From: Fistulifera solaris
Lineage: Eukaryota
Direction: 5' to 3'
DNA: 44,290 nucleotides
Assembly (NCBI GenBank): GCA_030295235.1
Contig: AP026153.1
Location: 682,001 to 726,290, forward strand
The translations under genes and the position numbers were made by a program. A model generated the notes under the pieces. It ran no database searches, had not been told where the DNA came from, and saw only the letters and a program-made list of their open reading frames with translations. This document shows positions 1-11,123 of the stretch, piece by piece (position 1 is the stretch's first letter; every line of letters begins with the position of its first letter).

Positions 1-638
1 CAGACACTTGGGTTGATCAGAAGAGGCTCTAGAGATATGATGACAAATATCGAGGAGCGATTTAGTATATGTAAAATGTAGGGGTGACTTATCCGGGCGA
101 GACTCAGCTAGTATTCAGTCCCGGATCGACCTCTTTATCTATTTCGATGCAACACAAATTCCTATGGATGTAGAGTAATCGCAACCTTGTTTGATGATCA
201 GGTCGGCGCTATTGTTAATTGCTATCGATAGTGGTTGAGTTTCGAAGCACATCATAAATTGCATTCAATCAAGAGTACTCGTCTCCGACTCAAATCTTTT
301 CAATCCCGGGCAGATGGTTTTGTTCTTTTTTTCGCTTCCACGTCGCACAAAAATCCGTCTTCGCTCAGCTGCTACTTTTCAATAGACAGTGAATGTCGGG
401 CGTCGGTCCTCTGACAGCTCAACATTTTCCTTGCGGATGAGGTTCGCCGTGTGAGAACACCATGCCGCTGCAATAATATTTGAGATTGGATGAAAAGAGA
501 AATATTGATTATAAATCACTCGTTTGACAACTCAACAATAAGAGGACTCGTTCTTTTCATTATTTTATCTTCGATAGCAAAAACGCATTTAGTTGATCCG
601 CTGAGCAAGCAACAAAGTGAAGAAAAACAGCGAACAGA

Positions 639-3044
639 ATGCGAGAAAGAAAGCAGCGCTCGAGGCTTCTTCCTCTTACATCCACCCTTTCACTGTTGTT
701 ATGCTGCCAAGCATACGAGCTTCTTTCTATTTCTTCTAAGTCACCCACTCGAGCCTTTCTTTCGCATCGAAATTCGGGTGCAACTTCCGTTCTTCCTCGT
801 CATCAGGACAAAATATCACTTGGTGTTCCTAACAAGGAGAAACAAACGTCACCGGGGGCAGTCGTATTGGGATTTTCTATCGACGATGATGATCTAAATC
901 TAACCACAAACCAGAGAAATATTCAGCAACGACGTACACGGCAATCTGGTAGTGCTCAAGATCAGCAGCAACGTCTTTTGAAATACAATCGAAAATGGAA
1001 ATACGGCAATCCGTTTGCAACTTCTACTTCGCAAGGAAAAGAGAATATTCATAAACAAGCGAGTCACGTCGATTTAGATACTTGGAATACACCAACTGAA
1101 GAAAAATTACCGCTGGAGCAGACGAGTGGCGACAACAATCTGCAAAATATCCCCAATTCGTTGGAAGAATGGTCTCGTAACAAAGTCACACCTTTGTTAA
1201 ACAGACGACAAGCTATTCGGAGAGAACAAAGTGAAGGCAAACGAAATCTCGTACAGGCGAATACTCCCGTCATAAGCAAGGAGGACTATATTGAAAGTCT
1301 GCGCAAGACGTTGAATGCGACTTCGACCCACAGTTCGGGGCAGCAACAACAGGAATTATCGAGCAACAACAATCGTCAATTGCACGTACTGTATCAACAG
1401 ATGAAAGCTGCCGATAAGCAAGGCAACGTGCAACAGACTTACCAACTTTTAACGCTGCTGCGCAAGGTAGCCCCTCATGACGGGAGAATAGTGCGACGGC
1501 TAGCTCGATGGTACGCGGAGCAAGATCAGCTCGAGGATGCCATTGGCGTATTGCAAAATGCTTTGCAGGAGCCAGAGCATTGCGAAAATGCATTTCTGTG
1601 GCATGGAATGGGTCAATATCTGCAAGAGCAGTTTCAACAGCAGAAAGACGACGACGTGGACTCGAATGAAGATATACTGCGCAATGTCACTTATTATTAC
1701 CGCCAAGCGATCCAATGTGACCCTTCACTTCCGCATCCGTACCACGCATTGGCTCTGTGTCAGCATTCGTATGGTCACATTGCCGCCGCCATGAAAACGT
1801 TACAGGAAGGCTTGTCCTGTTGTCCTCAAAATCACCGGCTGCACCATGCATTGGGCGATGTGTATCGACAAGCCGCCTCGCTCGAGCGTGCAGCGCAATG
1901 TTACAGCAAAGCACTGCAATGGAGTCCGGATCATTCCAAGGGTTACGCATTGACGGCAATTGCCAGAGTTCACTATGAATTAGATCGGCCAGACAAGTGT
2001 CGCCATTACCTACAGAAGGCCCTACAACAAAATCCCAAGCAAGTCAGTGCGTGGGTTGCATGGGCGCAGATGGAAGAGAGTCTGGGAGACGTGGATGCTG
2101 CTCGTAACATTTGTAGAAAAGGTGCTGAATTCTATGAACAGGGATATTTGACCGCTGGCTGGAACAAGGTGGGGGCCGTACATCGGTCAAACGATCCGTT
2201 CCATCAGCTGTATCGTACTTGGAGTCGTTTGGAAGAGCGTTACGGTACACCACAAGTGGCGTGGCGAGTCCACGAACGGGCGTTGTCACTGTTTCCTCGT
2301 AATGTCAACTTGTATCTCGATGCTGCATCTTACAAGTACGAGAAACGACACAACCTAGCGGCAGCCAGAGCCATCTTGACGAGGTGTTTATCGTTGCAAC
2401 ATTCCACGGAGACGTTTGCTTCGTCAAAGGTTCTGTTAGCTGCCGCAAAATTAGAATTAGAGGTTGGCGACGCCACTGGGGCACTTCAGTGGTTGTCGTG
2501 TCAGGACGGCAAGAAGAGAAGAAGTGCAGCATGGTGGCACATGAACGGTGTTGCTCACTGGCACTTTAATAATCTTCGGGAAGCTAGGGAATCGTTCGAA
2601 CAGGCTCTACTGAATGCGAAAGATGACAAGTCTTTGACCGCCGACATTTACTCGACAAAAGCACGATTCGAGTACGCTCAAGGAGATTGTATTTTAGCGC
2701 AGCACTATGTCTGCTTGTCCTTGGCGCACAACAAGAATTGCAAGACAGCTTGGGAACTGTGGTATCATTTGAGCTTCGGGGATTACGAAATGCAACACAA
2801 ATGTTGGAAGCAATTTCAGCAAGATGATTTGCAGTCAATGAAGAAACATATGATGCGAAAAGATCCCTGGCATACAGTGCTCTTTGGTCTAACGCCCAAA
2901 ACAACACATTTGCCTCTACCGATTCGTCTTCCGCCAATAATAGAACCCAGACCGAGCCAGCCGAAGATGGCCGAGTCACCGAGCGATCATCAGGCCTCTT
3001 CATCAACAAAGCAACCACGAAAATTTGATACAATAGAAATGTAA
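639..3044 (+). CDS. TPR/HAT-repeat protein with probable bipartite plastid-targeting presequence (Mbb1/HCF107-like RNA-stability factor candidate)
   Basis: Intronless 801-aa ORF. Hydrophobic N-terminal segment LLPLTSTLSLLLCCQA-Y is followed by an S/R-rich transit-like region. Contains TPR units (LHHALGDVYRQAASLERAAQCYSKALQWSP) and HAT units (AWVAWAQMEESLGDVDAARNICRKG; LYRTWSRLEERYG). Confidence 0.8.
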   Translation: MRERKQRSRLLPLTSTLSLLLCCQAYELLSISSKSPTRAFLSHRNSGATSVLPRHQDKISLGVPNKEKQTSPGAVVLGFSIDDDDLNLTTNQRNIQQRRTRQSGSAQDQQQRLLKYNRKWKYGNPFATSTSQGKENIHKQASHVDLDTWNTPTEEKLPLEQTSGDNNLQNIPNSLEEWSRNKVTPLLNRRQAIRREQSEGKRNLVQANTPVISKEDYIESLRKTLNATSTHSSGQQQQELSSNNNRQLHVLYQQMKAADKQGNVQQTYQLLTLLRKVAPHDGRIVRRLARWYAEQDQLEDAIGVLQNALQEPEHCENAFLWHGMGQYLQEQFQQQKDDDVDSNEDILRNVTYYYRQAIQCDPSLPHPYHALALCQHSYGHIAAAMKTLQEGLSCCPQNHRLHHALGDVYRQAASLERAAQCYSKALQWSPDHSKGYALTAIARVHYELDRPDKCRHYLQKALQQNPKQVSAWVAWAQMEESLGDVDAARNICRKGAEFYEQGYLTAGWNKVGAVHRSNDPFHQLYRTWSRLEERYGTPQVAWRVHERALSLFPRNVNLYLDAASYKYEKRHNLAAARAILTRCLSLQHSTETFASSKVLLAAAKLELEVGDATGALQWLSCQDGKKRRSAAWWHMNGVAHWHFNNLREARESFEQALLNAKDDKSLTADIYSTKARFEYAQGDCILAQHYVCLSLAHNKNCKTAWELWYHLSFGDYEMQHKCWKQFQQDDLQSMKKHMMRKDPWHTVLFGLTPKTTHLPLPIRLPPIIEPRPSQPKMAESPSDHQASSSTKQPRKFDTIEM

Positions 3045-3196
3045 AAAGAGAGACTAAGGATTAATTCTTAAAATGTTTGATAGGTTCTTTGTTTCATTCG
3101 AATTAAGGTGTTCAAAACTGAGGCGGTTTGCGTGTGAAAACCACAAAATGGGAAGAGACGTGGGAGAACGCGAGAATTGAAAGTTCTCCTCGATAA

Positions 3197-3373
3197 TCAC
3201 GGACTGCGTTCCGGCTTATGAAAGCATTCTGCATTCTTTTCGTGCATAACAATGGGTTTATCATTATCGATTGCGGACGACTTGACTAAAACCGGCGGCG
3301 GCTTGAGCGGATTCAGAGCAAACAGCGTTGCATTGGATGCTTTGCCGATGTTATCACCTTTATTTCGCGGCAT
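3197..3373 (-). CDS. Small orphan ORF A (58 aa) with FALNPLKPPPVL motif; below the ORF-track cut-off
   Basis: Manual translation: MPRNKGDNIGKASNATLFALNPLKPPPVLVKSSAIDNDKPIVMHEKNAECFHKPERSP*. The motif resembles FALKPLQAPLRLV in ORF C. Confidence 0.35.
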   Translation of the reverse strand: MPRNKGDNIGKASNATLFALNPLKPPPVLVKSSAIDNDKPIVMHEKNAECFHKPERSP

Positions 3374-4457
3374 TCTCTTGCCAGAATCTAGTCCAGTTTT
3401 GCTACAAGTTGTGCAGTGCTATGACGCTTTTGCTTTTTTCGTGAGAAATTACTGACTGTCTTCCAAGTCTTTCCAATGCTTGCGGCTCGCGGCTTGCTGC
3501 TGGAGAAGATTCTTTCAATGATAAGGTCAACTCCAAAACGTGAGCGCAACTTCCTCGGCAACGTCTCAGAATTTTGAAGCTTTTCGAAAACCCTGATTGG
3601 CAGATCGCAAAGAACGTGTCTAACGGGATTGAATGTGTGACGTGGCCGAAAAATCGAAGGCGTTTCCGAGTATCAAAGGCGCAAACGGAAGGGCTTCCGT
3701 GTTGCGTATTTGCCGGCAACAGGAACAAAACCTCCCACATGAGAGACGGAAGAAGTTGTTTGAACTTGCGTAAGCGTCATATGGTACAGTGTGCGGTATG
3801 CGATAAGCGAGCAGCGAGAAGAGATAGATGACAATGAACAATGACAAATGACAATGCACGACAGCGATTACTGGTCATCGGTCATCGGTCATTGTGACCT
3901 TTGATTGTCGACACTCTCAAGTACGTAGTACGGACGCTACTGTGGTTTTCATCTTATCCTTTAACCTTACCACGTAAACGAACAATCATACGGCTTGTGC
4001 ACTCTGTGGGAATGGGAACTATGGCGAACAGCTGTGCTTTTGTTCTTTCAGAAACACACGTGAAACCGCGAAACGAGAAACGATAAGGAATGAAGAATGG
4101 ATGCTCTCGCGATGAAAGATGAAACCTGAAACCCAGTTCTGCTCCTAATGAATACCTGGTACAGTAAGGTGGAAGGTGAGCATCACTATGTTATTAAACT
4201 TTTGAACTAAAAGATTGTGTTTAGGGCGGCCATGGGCCATGGTGCTTTTGCCTGTTGCTGGTGTCGGAAGGCTGGTCTGATTGTTTCACGCAGAATAAGG
4301 GTGAGGTTTAGTGAGGTCGCTAATGTGGGTTTCTTAAATCGTTATGGTCGTTATTCATTCAACGAACATTATTTTCCTCTTACTTTCTACTTTTGAAATA
4401 GGAAAAGATGTTGCAATGTAATAAGCCAAAGAGAAATATGGATCACCAAAAGTCGGT

Positions 4458-4955
4458 CTAATATTTAACCGAAAAATCTCCGTAGTGAAGATGCGCTTGG
4501 GCGAGAAGTGCACCGCTCGAAGGAGCTATCTTGTACGCTGGTTTCTTATCGAGGTCGTCGTCAAACTTTTTTGTTCTTTCCGATTTAAACATTGTAACAG
4601 GTGCAGGAACACTTCCCGCCAGCGGCGGAGATCGCCATAATGGTGGCGCTGGAGGAAGTGGCTGACCCAGTCCCAACCCGTGACTCTTTACGGAAAATCG
4701 AGACGGGCCCTCAACGATTGGACTAACACTGAAGTCACTCGAGAACGCTCGTGGTCGCCCGAGGTCCTCAAGAAGTAGTGCTTCTAATCCATCATCAAAG
4801 TAGGTCTGCGAAGGAGCGCTCTGCGCAATTGCAGAATAAAGAAGACTTTCTTGCTGATGGTGATGAGTTTCGATATCCGGCAAAGAGAGCGGTACGTTTG
4901 GGAACGCCTGCTGTTGCTGCTGTTGCGGATGCGGTTGATAATATTGATTGTCCAT
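4458..4955 (-). CDS. Orphan ORF B (165 aa), Q/P/S-rich disordered protein with GQPLPPAPPL and DKKPA motifs
   Basis: Likely start MDNQYYQPHPQQQQQQ at 4955, within the 262-aa ORF-track frame. Composition is protein-like only downstream of this ATG. Confidence 0.6.
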   Translation of the reverse strand: MDNQYYQPHPQQQQQQAFPNVPLSLPDIETHHHQQESLLYSAIAQSAPSQTYFDDGLEALLLEDLGRPRAFSSDFSVSPIVEGPSRFSVKSHGLGLGQPLPPAPPLWRSPPLAGSVPAPVTMFKSERTKKFDDDLDKKPAYKIAPSSGALLAQAHLHYGDFSVKY

Positions 4956-5909
4956 TGCAAATACCTCTCTTTTACTTTGAAGCAGATAAATAAATATTCC
5001 ATAAAAATGAACAAGAAGTGATGCTTTGCCGATCGGCATGCACGTTGGAAACGCGGAAGAAGGAGCGAAGGAAGCCAAATTGCGCCTTATCGGCTCGGAA
5101 ATCCGACGAGGTCCACACTTTAAGCTAGAGTGGAAATGTGATGACATCATCTCATGTTTTCCATAATTGTTCTCAGCCAAATTCTTTTTCCAAACTTCTG
5201 TATCGAGAACGAGAACTTCGAAAATATGACCAAAGACCAAAGACATAGAGCATTACTATTAACCTTAACTCTTGTAATGGCACGACACTTCGTGCGACGA
5301 TCATCACGAATCATGAATAAGCACGAACCGGGATTTACCTTACTCCTTACTTCTGCATCACGGGAAGAAGTATCACTAAAGTGTACAACAAGAAAAACTT
5401 CACAATTATTCCACGTCAGAGATTGGCGATAGGTCCCTATTCTGTAGGGACTCCGAATTTCGATACAAAAGTGTATTGGCCAAAGAGCAGTACGTAATAC
5501 GTAATATCGCGTCACTCACAACCTACTGTATGTCGTAGAGTAGACACGATACTTTTCTGTTTTTGAAATTCGAGAGACTACCTCTTTGAATCTCCTCTTG
5601 CACCATGGAACCTGCTTTCTCTCCTTGTCGATAGCGATAGCATCTCCTTGTCTTCCATTCTAGGAAAGCTTGAAAAACACTATTTTACGATAAAGCTAAA
5701 TGATTAGGAGATTAACAAAAGTTGGAGCCACAAAGATTGCTCCATGTGAGCAGAAACATACAGCGGACTATCGATACCAAACGGACCAAACAGTTCGACC
5801 CAAAATTGACGCCAGGTGGCGTTCCATGATGCAAACGCCTTATTTCAATGCAAATATTCACTCGAAAGCTCTCTTTTGACGGTGGTTTCCGTGAAGCCAT
5901 AGAAGACAA

Positions 5910-6152
5910 TTAACGAGACTTGCCCAGTCTTCCTTTCCGTAGCGTGCTTTTGTCGATTGGTTGTAGGAAGGGAACGGCCGTCGACTCAACTAGTCTCAAT
6001 GGAGCCTGCAACGGCTTCAGGGCAAATCTTCTTTTTCGAAAAGGACGAATCTTTGAGGAGGGGACGAGATGTAGAAGAAGCAAATGTTCCACGATTGATT
6101 CATCCCACCGACTATCACAGGTAGCGTTTGCTTCTGTATCGTTGGTGCTCAT
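5910..6152 (-). CDS. Orphan ORF C (80 aa), basic, with RPFRKRRF (NLS-like) and KPLQAPLRL motifs
   Basis: ATG at 6152 (MSTNDTE...) within the 107-aa ORF-track frame. Shares the motif of neighbouring ORFs. Confidence 0.45.
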   Translation of the reverse strand: MSTNDTEANATCDSRWDESIVEHLLLLHLVPSSKIRPFRKRRFALKPLQAPLRLVESTAVPFLQPIDKSTLRKGRLGKSR

Positions 6153-6685
6153 ACTTGTTCCTTGAAGGACGCCTCTTTGAATGTGGTGAAATGTATTATC
6201 TGTTGAATGATCTGTTTTGGTGAATCTTCTCAAACGGATGAAAGACCTGATTTATGAAGGAATAAACGGCCAATGCCGAAGCTGGCTTGAGCTCTTTGTG
6301 ATTGCATCGGTCATATTTTCACAAAGCAAGAATCGATTTGGGTCAACATTCCATGTAAATACTCCGTGCTCTAGCCGAAATAGAAGGCAATAAGAAGTGG
6401 CGAATAAAACTTCCCGCACATGTGCGGCACTTTTCTCGCGCGTGAAAATCTTCCGCCAAAGTCAAGTGCAGAAGTGAACGGCGTCTGCTCGCCCTGCCGT
6501 CTCCTTCATTCGGGAATTCTCGTGAATGGTTCAGATGCAAACTCTTGAAACCTATCATTTGATCAAAATCATACTCTCGCCAATTAGATAATCAACTAAA
6601 CGCAATAATTTAAAATTCAACTAGAATCATTGAGAAAAAATAGTGGTTAAACACTTTTCAGTATCTTCAATTAGCATTAATCTTT

Positions 6686-7282
6686 TCATAGAGCACTCTC
6701 ACATTGACGCTTCTTGAAAGGCGGCATTTCGTCGTCACACGTGGTTGACGATTCCCTTTTGAGCTGTTCGATTTCACTCTTAGTGAGAAAACGGCCACTC
6801 GAGCCGCGTAGTCGTCGAAGAGCATGCTTGTGACGACTTTCGTGCATGTACGGCTTTTCTTCGCGTGCTCTTCGCGTTCGTGCAAAATACGCTTCTAAAA
6901 CTTTGCGAGCTTCTCTTCGCTTCAAAATGCGAAAGTACTGCTTTGCGTTAACATAAGTTGGCTCCGAAGGTCCGTGAGGACCTCTTTGTTCGAAAAGGGC
7001 ATTCGTAGACGGTTGAGAAGGCGCTGCAGTTGAGTAAGGCAGTTGCTGATCATCCATCACCTGCGGTTTCTGTAGAGCTTGAAAAGCAGAAAGACCAGCG
7101 AGCCACGACATCATCATGTTATTCTGCAAATGGTGTGGAGTCAAGGGGGTTGTCTCAAAAGTAGCAGAGGGCTTCGCGAGGTTTTGAGAAGCGGCTGCCG
7201 CTGCTGCGGCGAAAAGCTGCTGGTTAGCGGCCATGAGATACGCTAGCTGTTCAGCCGTCAAATTAGTTTCATCTTTGTTCAT
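6686..7282 (-). CDS. NFYA: Nuclear transcription factor Y subunit A (CCAAT-binding factor B / HAP2)
   Basis: CBFB_NFYA domain signatures [20 protein letters not shown] and [25 protein letters not shown]-rich N-terminus; ATG at 7282. Confidence 0.95.
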   Translation of the reverse strand: MNKDETNLTAEQLAYLMAANQQLFAAAAAAASQNLAKPSATFETTPLTPHHLQNNMMMSWLAGLSAFQALQKPQVMDDQQLPYSTAAPSQPSTNALFEQRGPHGPSEPTYVNAKQYFRILKRREARKVLEAYFARTRRAREEKPYMHESRHKHALRRLRGSSGRFLTKSEIEQLKRESSTTCDDEMPPFKKRQCESAL

Positions 7283-7562
7283 TTTAAAGTAACCTTGGGT
7301 GAAAAGAAGTCGCAAGTTTTGTACTCCGTATTAATTTCTTGTTTCGTTGCTGTTGAATGAGTAGACGAGAGTGCGAAGTCTGTCTTGTTGCCTCGTGCCA
7401 CGCCGATGTGCTTGGTAGCTAAAAATCGTACTTCTTTATGTATAGTATTTACTGCAAGAGGAACGTCCGGCGTGTCGTTTGTTGACGTTTTGATTGGTGG
7501 ATGGTCACCACGAAGGGAAAGCATTGAAGTTCTTCGAGAGATCTTTCTTGCAAGAATTCGCT

Positions 7563-7575
7563 TCACGAGTCACGA
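7563..7575. promoter_or_regulatory. Recurring 13-mer TCACGAGTCACGA, candidate cis-element about 280 bp upstream of the NF-YA ATG
   Basis: Exact copies at 7563-7575 and 10160-10172, plus an inverted copy at 10528-10540. Confidence 0.4.
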
Positions 7576-8209
7576 GGTGAATAATACGTAGCGGTAATTT
7601 AGTTGTAGTAGTCGGACGCGGTGCGACAGACTTTGTAAGACAGTTCATTGTTCAGTGTCATTTCCTTGTTCAGTGTTCATTCATCTAGATCTCTTGGTTA
7701 GAGATTCTAGAAATTGAACACCAAACGAACGAATTCTTCCTGGCTAAGAGAATTCAAGTAAGTAATCTTAACGTTTCTGCTAGTTATTGCTATTATACGT
7801 TGCATACAAAGTAAGGAGGAAAAGTAGAGCTTACAATTTCTGCACGTGTAAGAATCTGAATAGAAGCAAGGAAAATACGGGACCATTTGATTTTGTCGAC
7901 TAGCGAGCCGCAATGAAAGACTTTAGAATATTATCGGCGATCATGCCATACTACAATGCTGCTCTCATGATTATCTTGACCGTTCATGGTGTCATTTTAT
8001 ATTCTCTTTTGCGCCATTCGTTTGCCGCGTAATTTCCGCTCGCTGCTGAAAACGAACCTTCACGCACAACCTAGAATCTTTCGCTCGACATGATTGAATA
8101 TGAAAAGCGTGTATTCGATTAGCGGGTGTTATTATTTACACAAGAGTGCGACTCTATTAGCTTCTATAATATCTAGTTCTTCCTCTACCTCAATTACTTC
8201 TTCTTTCAA

Positions 8210-8626
8210 TCAAAGAAGCTCTTCTTCTATGCGCTGAGCGGCTTTCCGAAGAGCCATCAGACCGCGATACTTCAACATGTTTGTTTGAGGAGGACGAATC
8301 GGGACACGCAAGGCCACGGCTTTGGAGTTTACAAGGCGGGGTGGCGCGGCGAGGGGTTTGTGACACAATGGCGGAGAAGACTTTGTTGCTACCGCGATAA
8401 CGCGGGGACTAACTGCATGTGGGGCTCTCGAATTTCTTTCGCTGCTAGAAATAAGCTGTTTCTCCTTGCTGAAAGCAGGAAGATCCGGATCAATTAAGAC
8501 GGGTTCATTCTTGGTCGCCGGCGAATAATGTGTTTGGCGTGGAGAGCTGAAAACGACGTGGCCGATTCCGTCTTCGCTCAGACATTGAAAAAGTGGATTT
8601 GATGCAATGCTTGTTGTTAGATGCAT
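8210..8626 (-). CDS. Orphan ORF D (138 aa) with HKPLAAPPRL motif and a C-terminal helical segment
   Basis: ATG at 8626 (MHLTTSIASNPLFQCL...) within the 211-aa ORF-track frame. Confidence 0.6.
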   Translation of the reverse strand: MHLTTSIASNPLFQCLSEDGIGHVVFSSPRQTHYSPATKNEPVLIDPDLPAFSKEKQLISSSERNSRAPHAVSPRVIAVATKSSPPLCHKPLAAPPRLVNSKAVALRVPIRPPQTNMLKYRGLMALRKAAQRIEEELL

Positions 8627-9528
8627 GGTTTCAAGTTGTTGCTTGCCTACTTTGTGATTTTGTGGTGCGAAGGAAGTGTTTTGGCATTGGCTTAAAATCC
8701 AAGTTGCCCGCCCACCACGAATCCGCCGCCATGAAAAGTGTGTCAACCGAATCTCGAAATTGCACTTGGACGTAAGCACAAAGCGCGCATAGTAATCTCG
8801 GTAAATGTCGCAGCACCTCAGATAGTAGTGTTTTAGAAACGGCACTGAACTATTGACACCTTTGTTCGCTTGTTAACAAAGTTCCGGTACTTCTACTTGA
8901 ATCAAGTACCGTTGTGCCACTTTTTCCGCTTGAGAATACGTGAAAGAGTAGCGACATGACGGGAGAGAAGACGAGCTAAGGAGCAAAATGAAAATGCATC
9001 CATGCACAATGCACAGACACGGCTATGTTCTCCGTGTTCTTCACGATTTCACATATTTCTGTCGACTATGTTGAGCAGTCTTTTTTAATGCAGCCACCAG
9101 CCACCAAAACAAACCAAGAGAGAGGTAAAAATTTACGAAGTGGAGTCTATTGTCAATTAACACCGATTAGCCGACAGAACGTTATTAAGCCTGGCGATCT
9201 TAAGTCTAGTGATGGCTCTTGGACTTGGACTACTACAAGGATCATTGACCAACCATCAAAGATCACGGCGGCCTTGATTTTCTTTATTACTAGCCTCGCA
9301 TTTCTTGCTTTCGTCGCAAAAAGCCGAAGTCTGGTTGACACTACCCGATATAATTGACGTTGCATTAATCGCGCTGAGAATGTTACCCATTATTTCACGT
9401 CACTCATTGAAAGCAGCGACCCGATTAATTCGCGATCCGCACCGATCCGCGGAGAGAGCATGTTCAAGCTGGGGTCCTAGTAAAGAACAGTCTCTTGAAA
9501 CACAACTAACAACAACGTTTTATCATCT

Positions 9529-9876
9529 TTATACAGAATGCAAGGGACTTGCATGCGTCGGATTTCTAGCTAGTTTGCGAACTTTGTAGCATTTCTGTTT
9601 TCGTTTCGGAGCCGTCTTTCGCAAAAGCAATGGCTTCGAGTCCGCGTTGCTCCACTGATATTCAACGATACCCGTCGAAGAGGGCAGGGCTGCGCAATGC
9701 AGTAAAGATGGTGGCGCGGGCAGAGCATGTTCGAAAGAGTGCAACGACGGTAGCCGTCGGAGAGAGCATGGTGTTGTGGTATCTTTGTATGGTAAGAAGT
9801 CTTTATCGCTTTCACACAAGCGCGGCGGAGCGTTAATCTGAATTGTTCGTCCTAACATTCCTTTGTCGAAACTCAT
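9529..9876 (-). CDS. Orphan ORF E (115 aa) with INAPPRL and HALPAPPSL motifs and a basic C-terminus
   Basis: ATG at 9876 (MSFDKGMLGRTIQINAPPRL...) within the 213-aa frame. Basic NLS-like tail RKTAPKRKQK. Confidence 0.5.
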   Translation of the reverse strand: MSFDKGMLGRTIQINAPPRLCESDKDFLPYKDTTTPCSLRRLPSLHSFEHALPAPPSLLHCAALPSSTGIVEYQWSNADSKPLLLRKTAPKRKQKCYKVRKLARNPTHASPLHSV

Positions 9877-11123
9877 TGCTTTACTCGGGTAAACGCGTGA
9901 AGAATGAAGGGTTGCAGTAAGACAGTAATGAATGTAAAATGTCGATTTTGATTTATATGCAATGCGTTTGAATGAATCAATGTATTGTTCCGGAAGAGAG
10001 TGATGGATTTTCCAAGATGGTGTCTTCTTGGGACTTGGGAAGACGAAAAAGCTTTCTGACCGAGGAAGCATCGTGTCAGCCAACAACTTTAGTACCAGTA
10101 CTTTCGGGTACACAACGAATCGTCGGACTCGCGACTCGAAATCAGGAAATGGGGAGATGTCACGAGTCACGAGTTGCAGATTTCCGACAAGAAAGACGAT
10201 GAATCAAAGAATTTAAAGAATAAATATTTCGACCTAGCGACCAAGGAGAAAAATTGAAGTAGAGACTGTGGACAAAGTGGTAAAAATAATGTTTTGCTTA
10301 GAAATCGATGTTCGCACGATCACGTCAAGCATAATAATTATTCTCGCCATCCTTTGCAGTCGTGTCCATTGTCCATTGCCATACTTGAGCGGCTAATTTC
10401 TGTGTTCTCAGCGCTTCACGATTCAGCGTGTGATCATTGGTGGCCGGTGAGAAGGGTCAGAGGCAGGAATATGGAAGACCGTTGCTCATTTATCCTTGAT
10501 GCCCACCTCATTTTTGCAAAAGGGGGATCGTGACTCGTGACTATAAATCAGTCGTGGAGAAAATCGGACAAGACTTTAAAAAATACTATAGTAGATTTAC
10601 CGAAGCACAATTTCAAAGCTTTTCGACGGAATAAGACAATGAAACGCATTGCAGACGACGTTCATTGCCACCAGCCATTTAATCCAGTCGCGGAACATTT
10701 AAGGAAGGACGACTATTTATGTTTTGGATATTATTGGTCTTCAATCGAGTTCAATTGCATTAATCGATTCAATTTTATTCATGTTTTGTTTCTTTTATTG
10801 GAAAAGGATCTTTTGGCGATCCCTTAGCTACTTGAAACTATAAAATAACTTATCTTTAATTGGCAAGAATGTGTATGGCAAGAGACAAAAGTAAACGATA
10901 TGCAACACGTGACTCACAAAATAGTCCAGTCGTGATAAAAAGTAATCTACACTTGGGTGCTATAGTAATTACTGGCCATGAAAGAATAATCATGTCACGG
11001 ACGGATGACGATCCGAAAAGTATCCTCGACGAAAAACACAAAAAGCTTCTTCTTCGCTTTTCGTTTGCATTGCGTTGGCTGTCTTCCAAAGCAATATTTC
11101 ATTCCTTTTGTTTTTTAAAAGCG

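Noticed and set aside
1..81. 3' end of an upstream gene (QTLGLIRRGSRDMMTNIEERFSICKM*)
   Set aside because: Too short and without a recognisable motif to support.
10159..10541. MITE bounded by 14-bp inverted repeats GTCACGAGTCACGA
   Set aside because: There is no target-site duplication and the same word occurs alone at 7563, so it is better explained as a cis-element.
10860..11123. N-terminal extensions of the ETFA, Sar1 (34111-34476) and orphan ORF frames from TTG/GTG starts
   Set aside because: These starts are prokaryote-style ORF-caller artefacts. The extensions have promoter/UTR-like composition, and downstream ATGs give family-typical N-termini.
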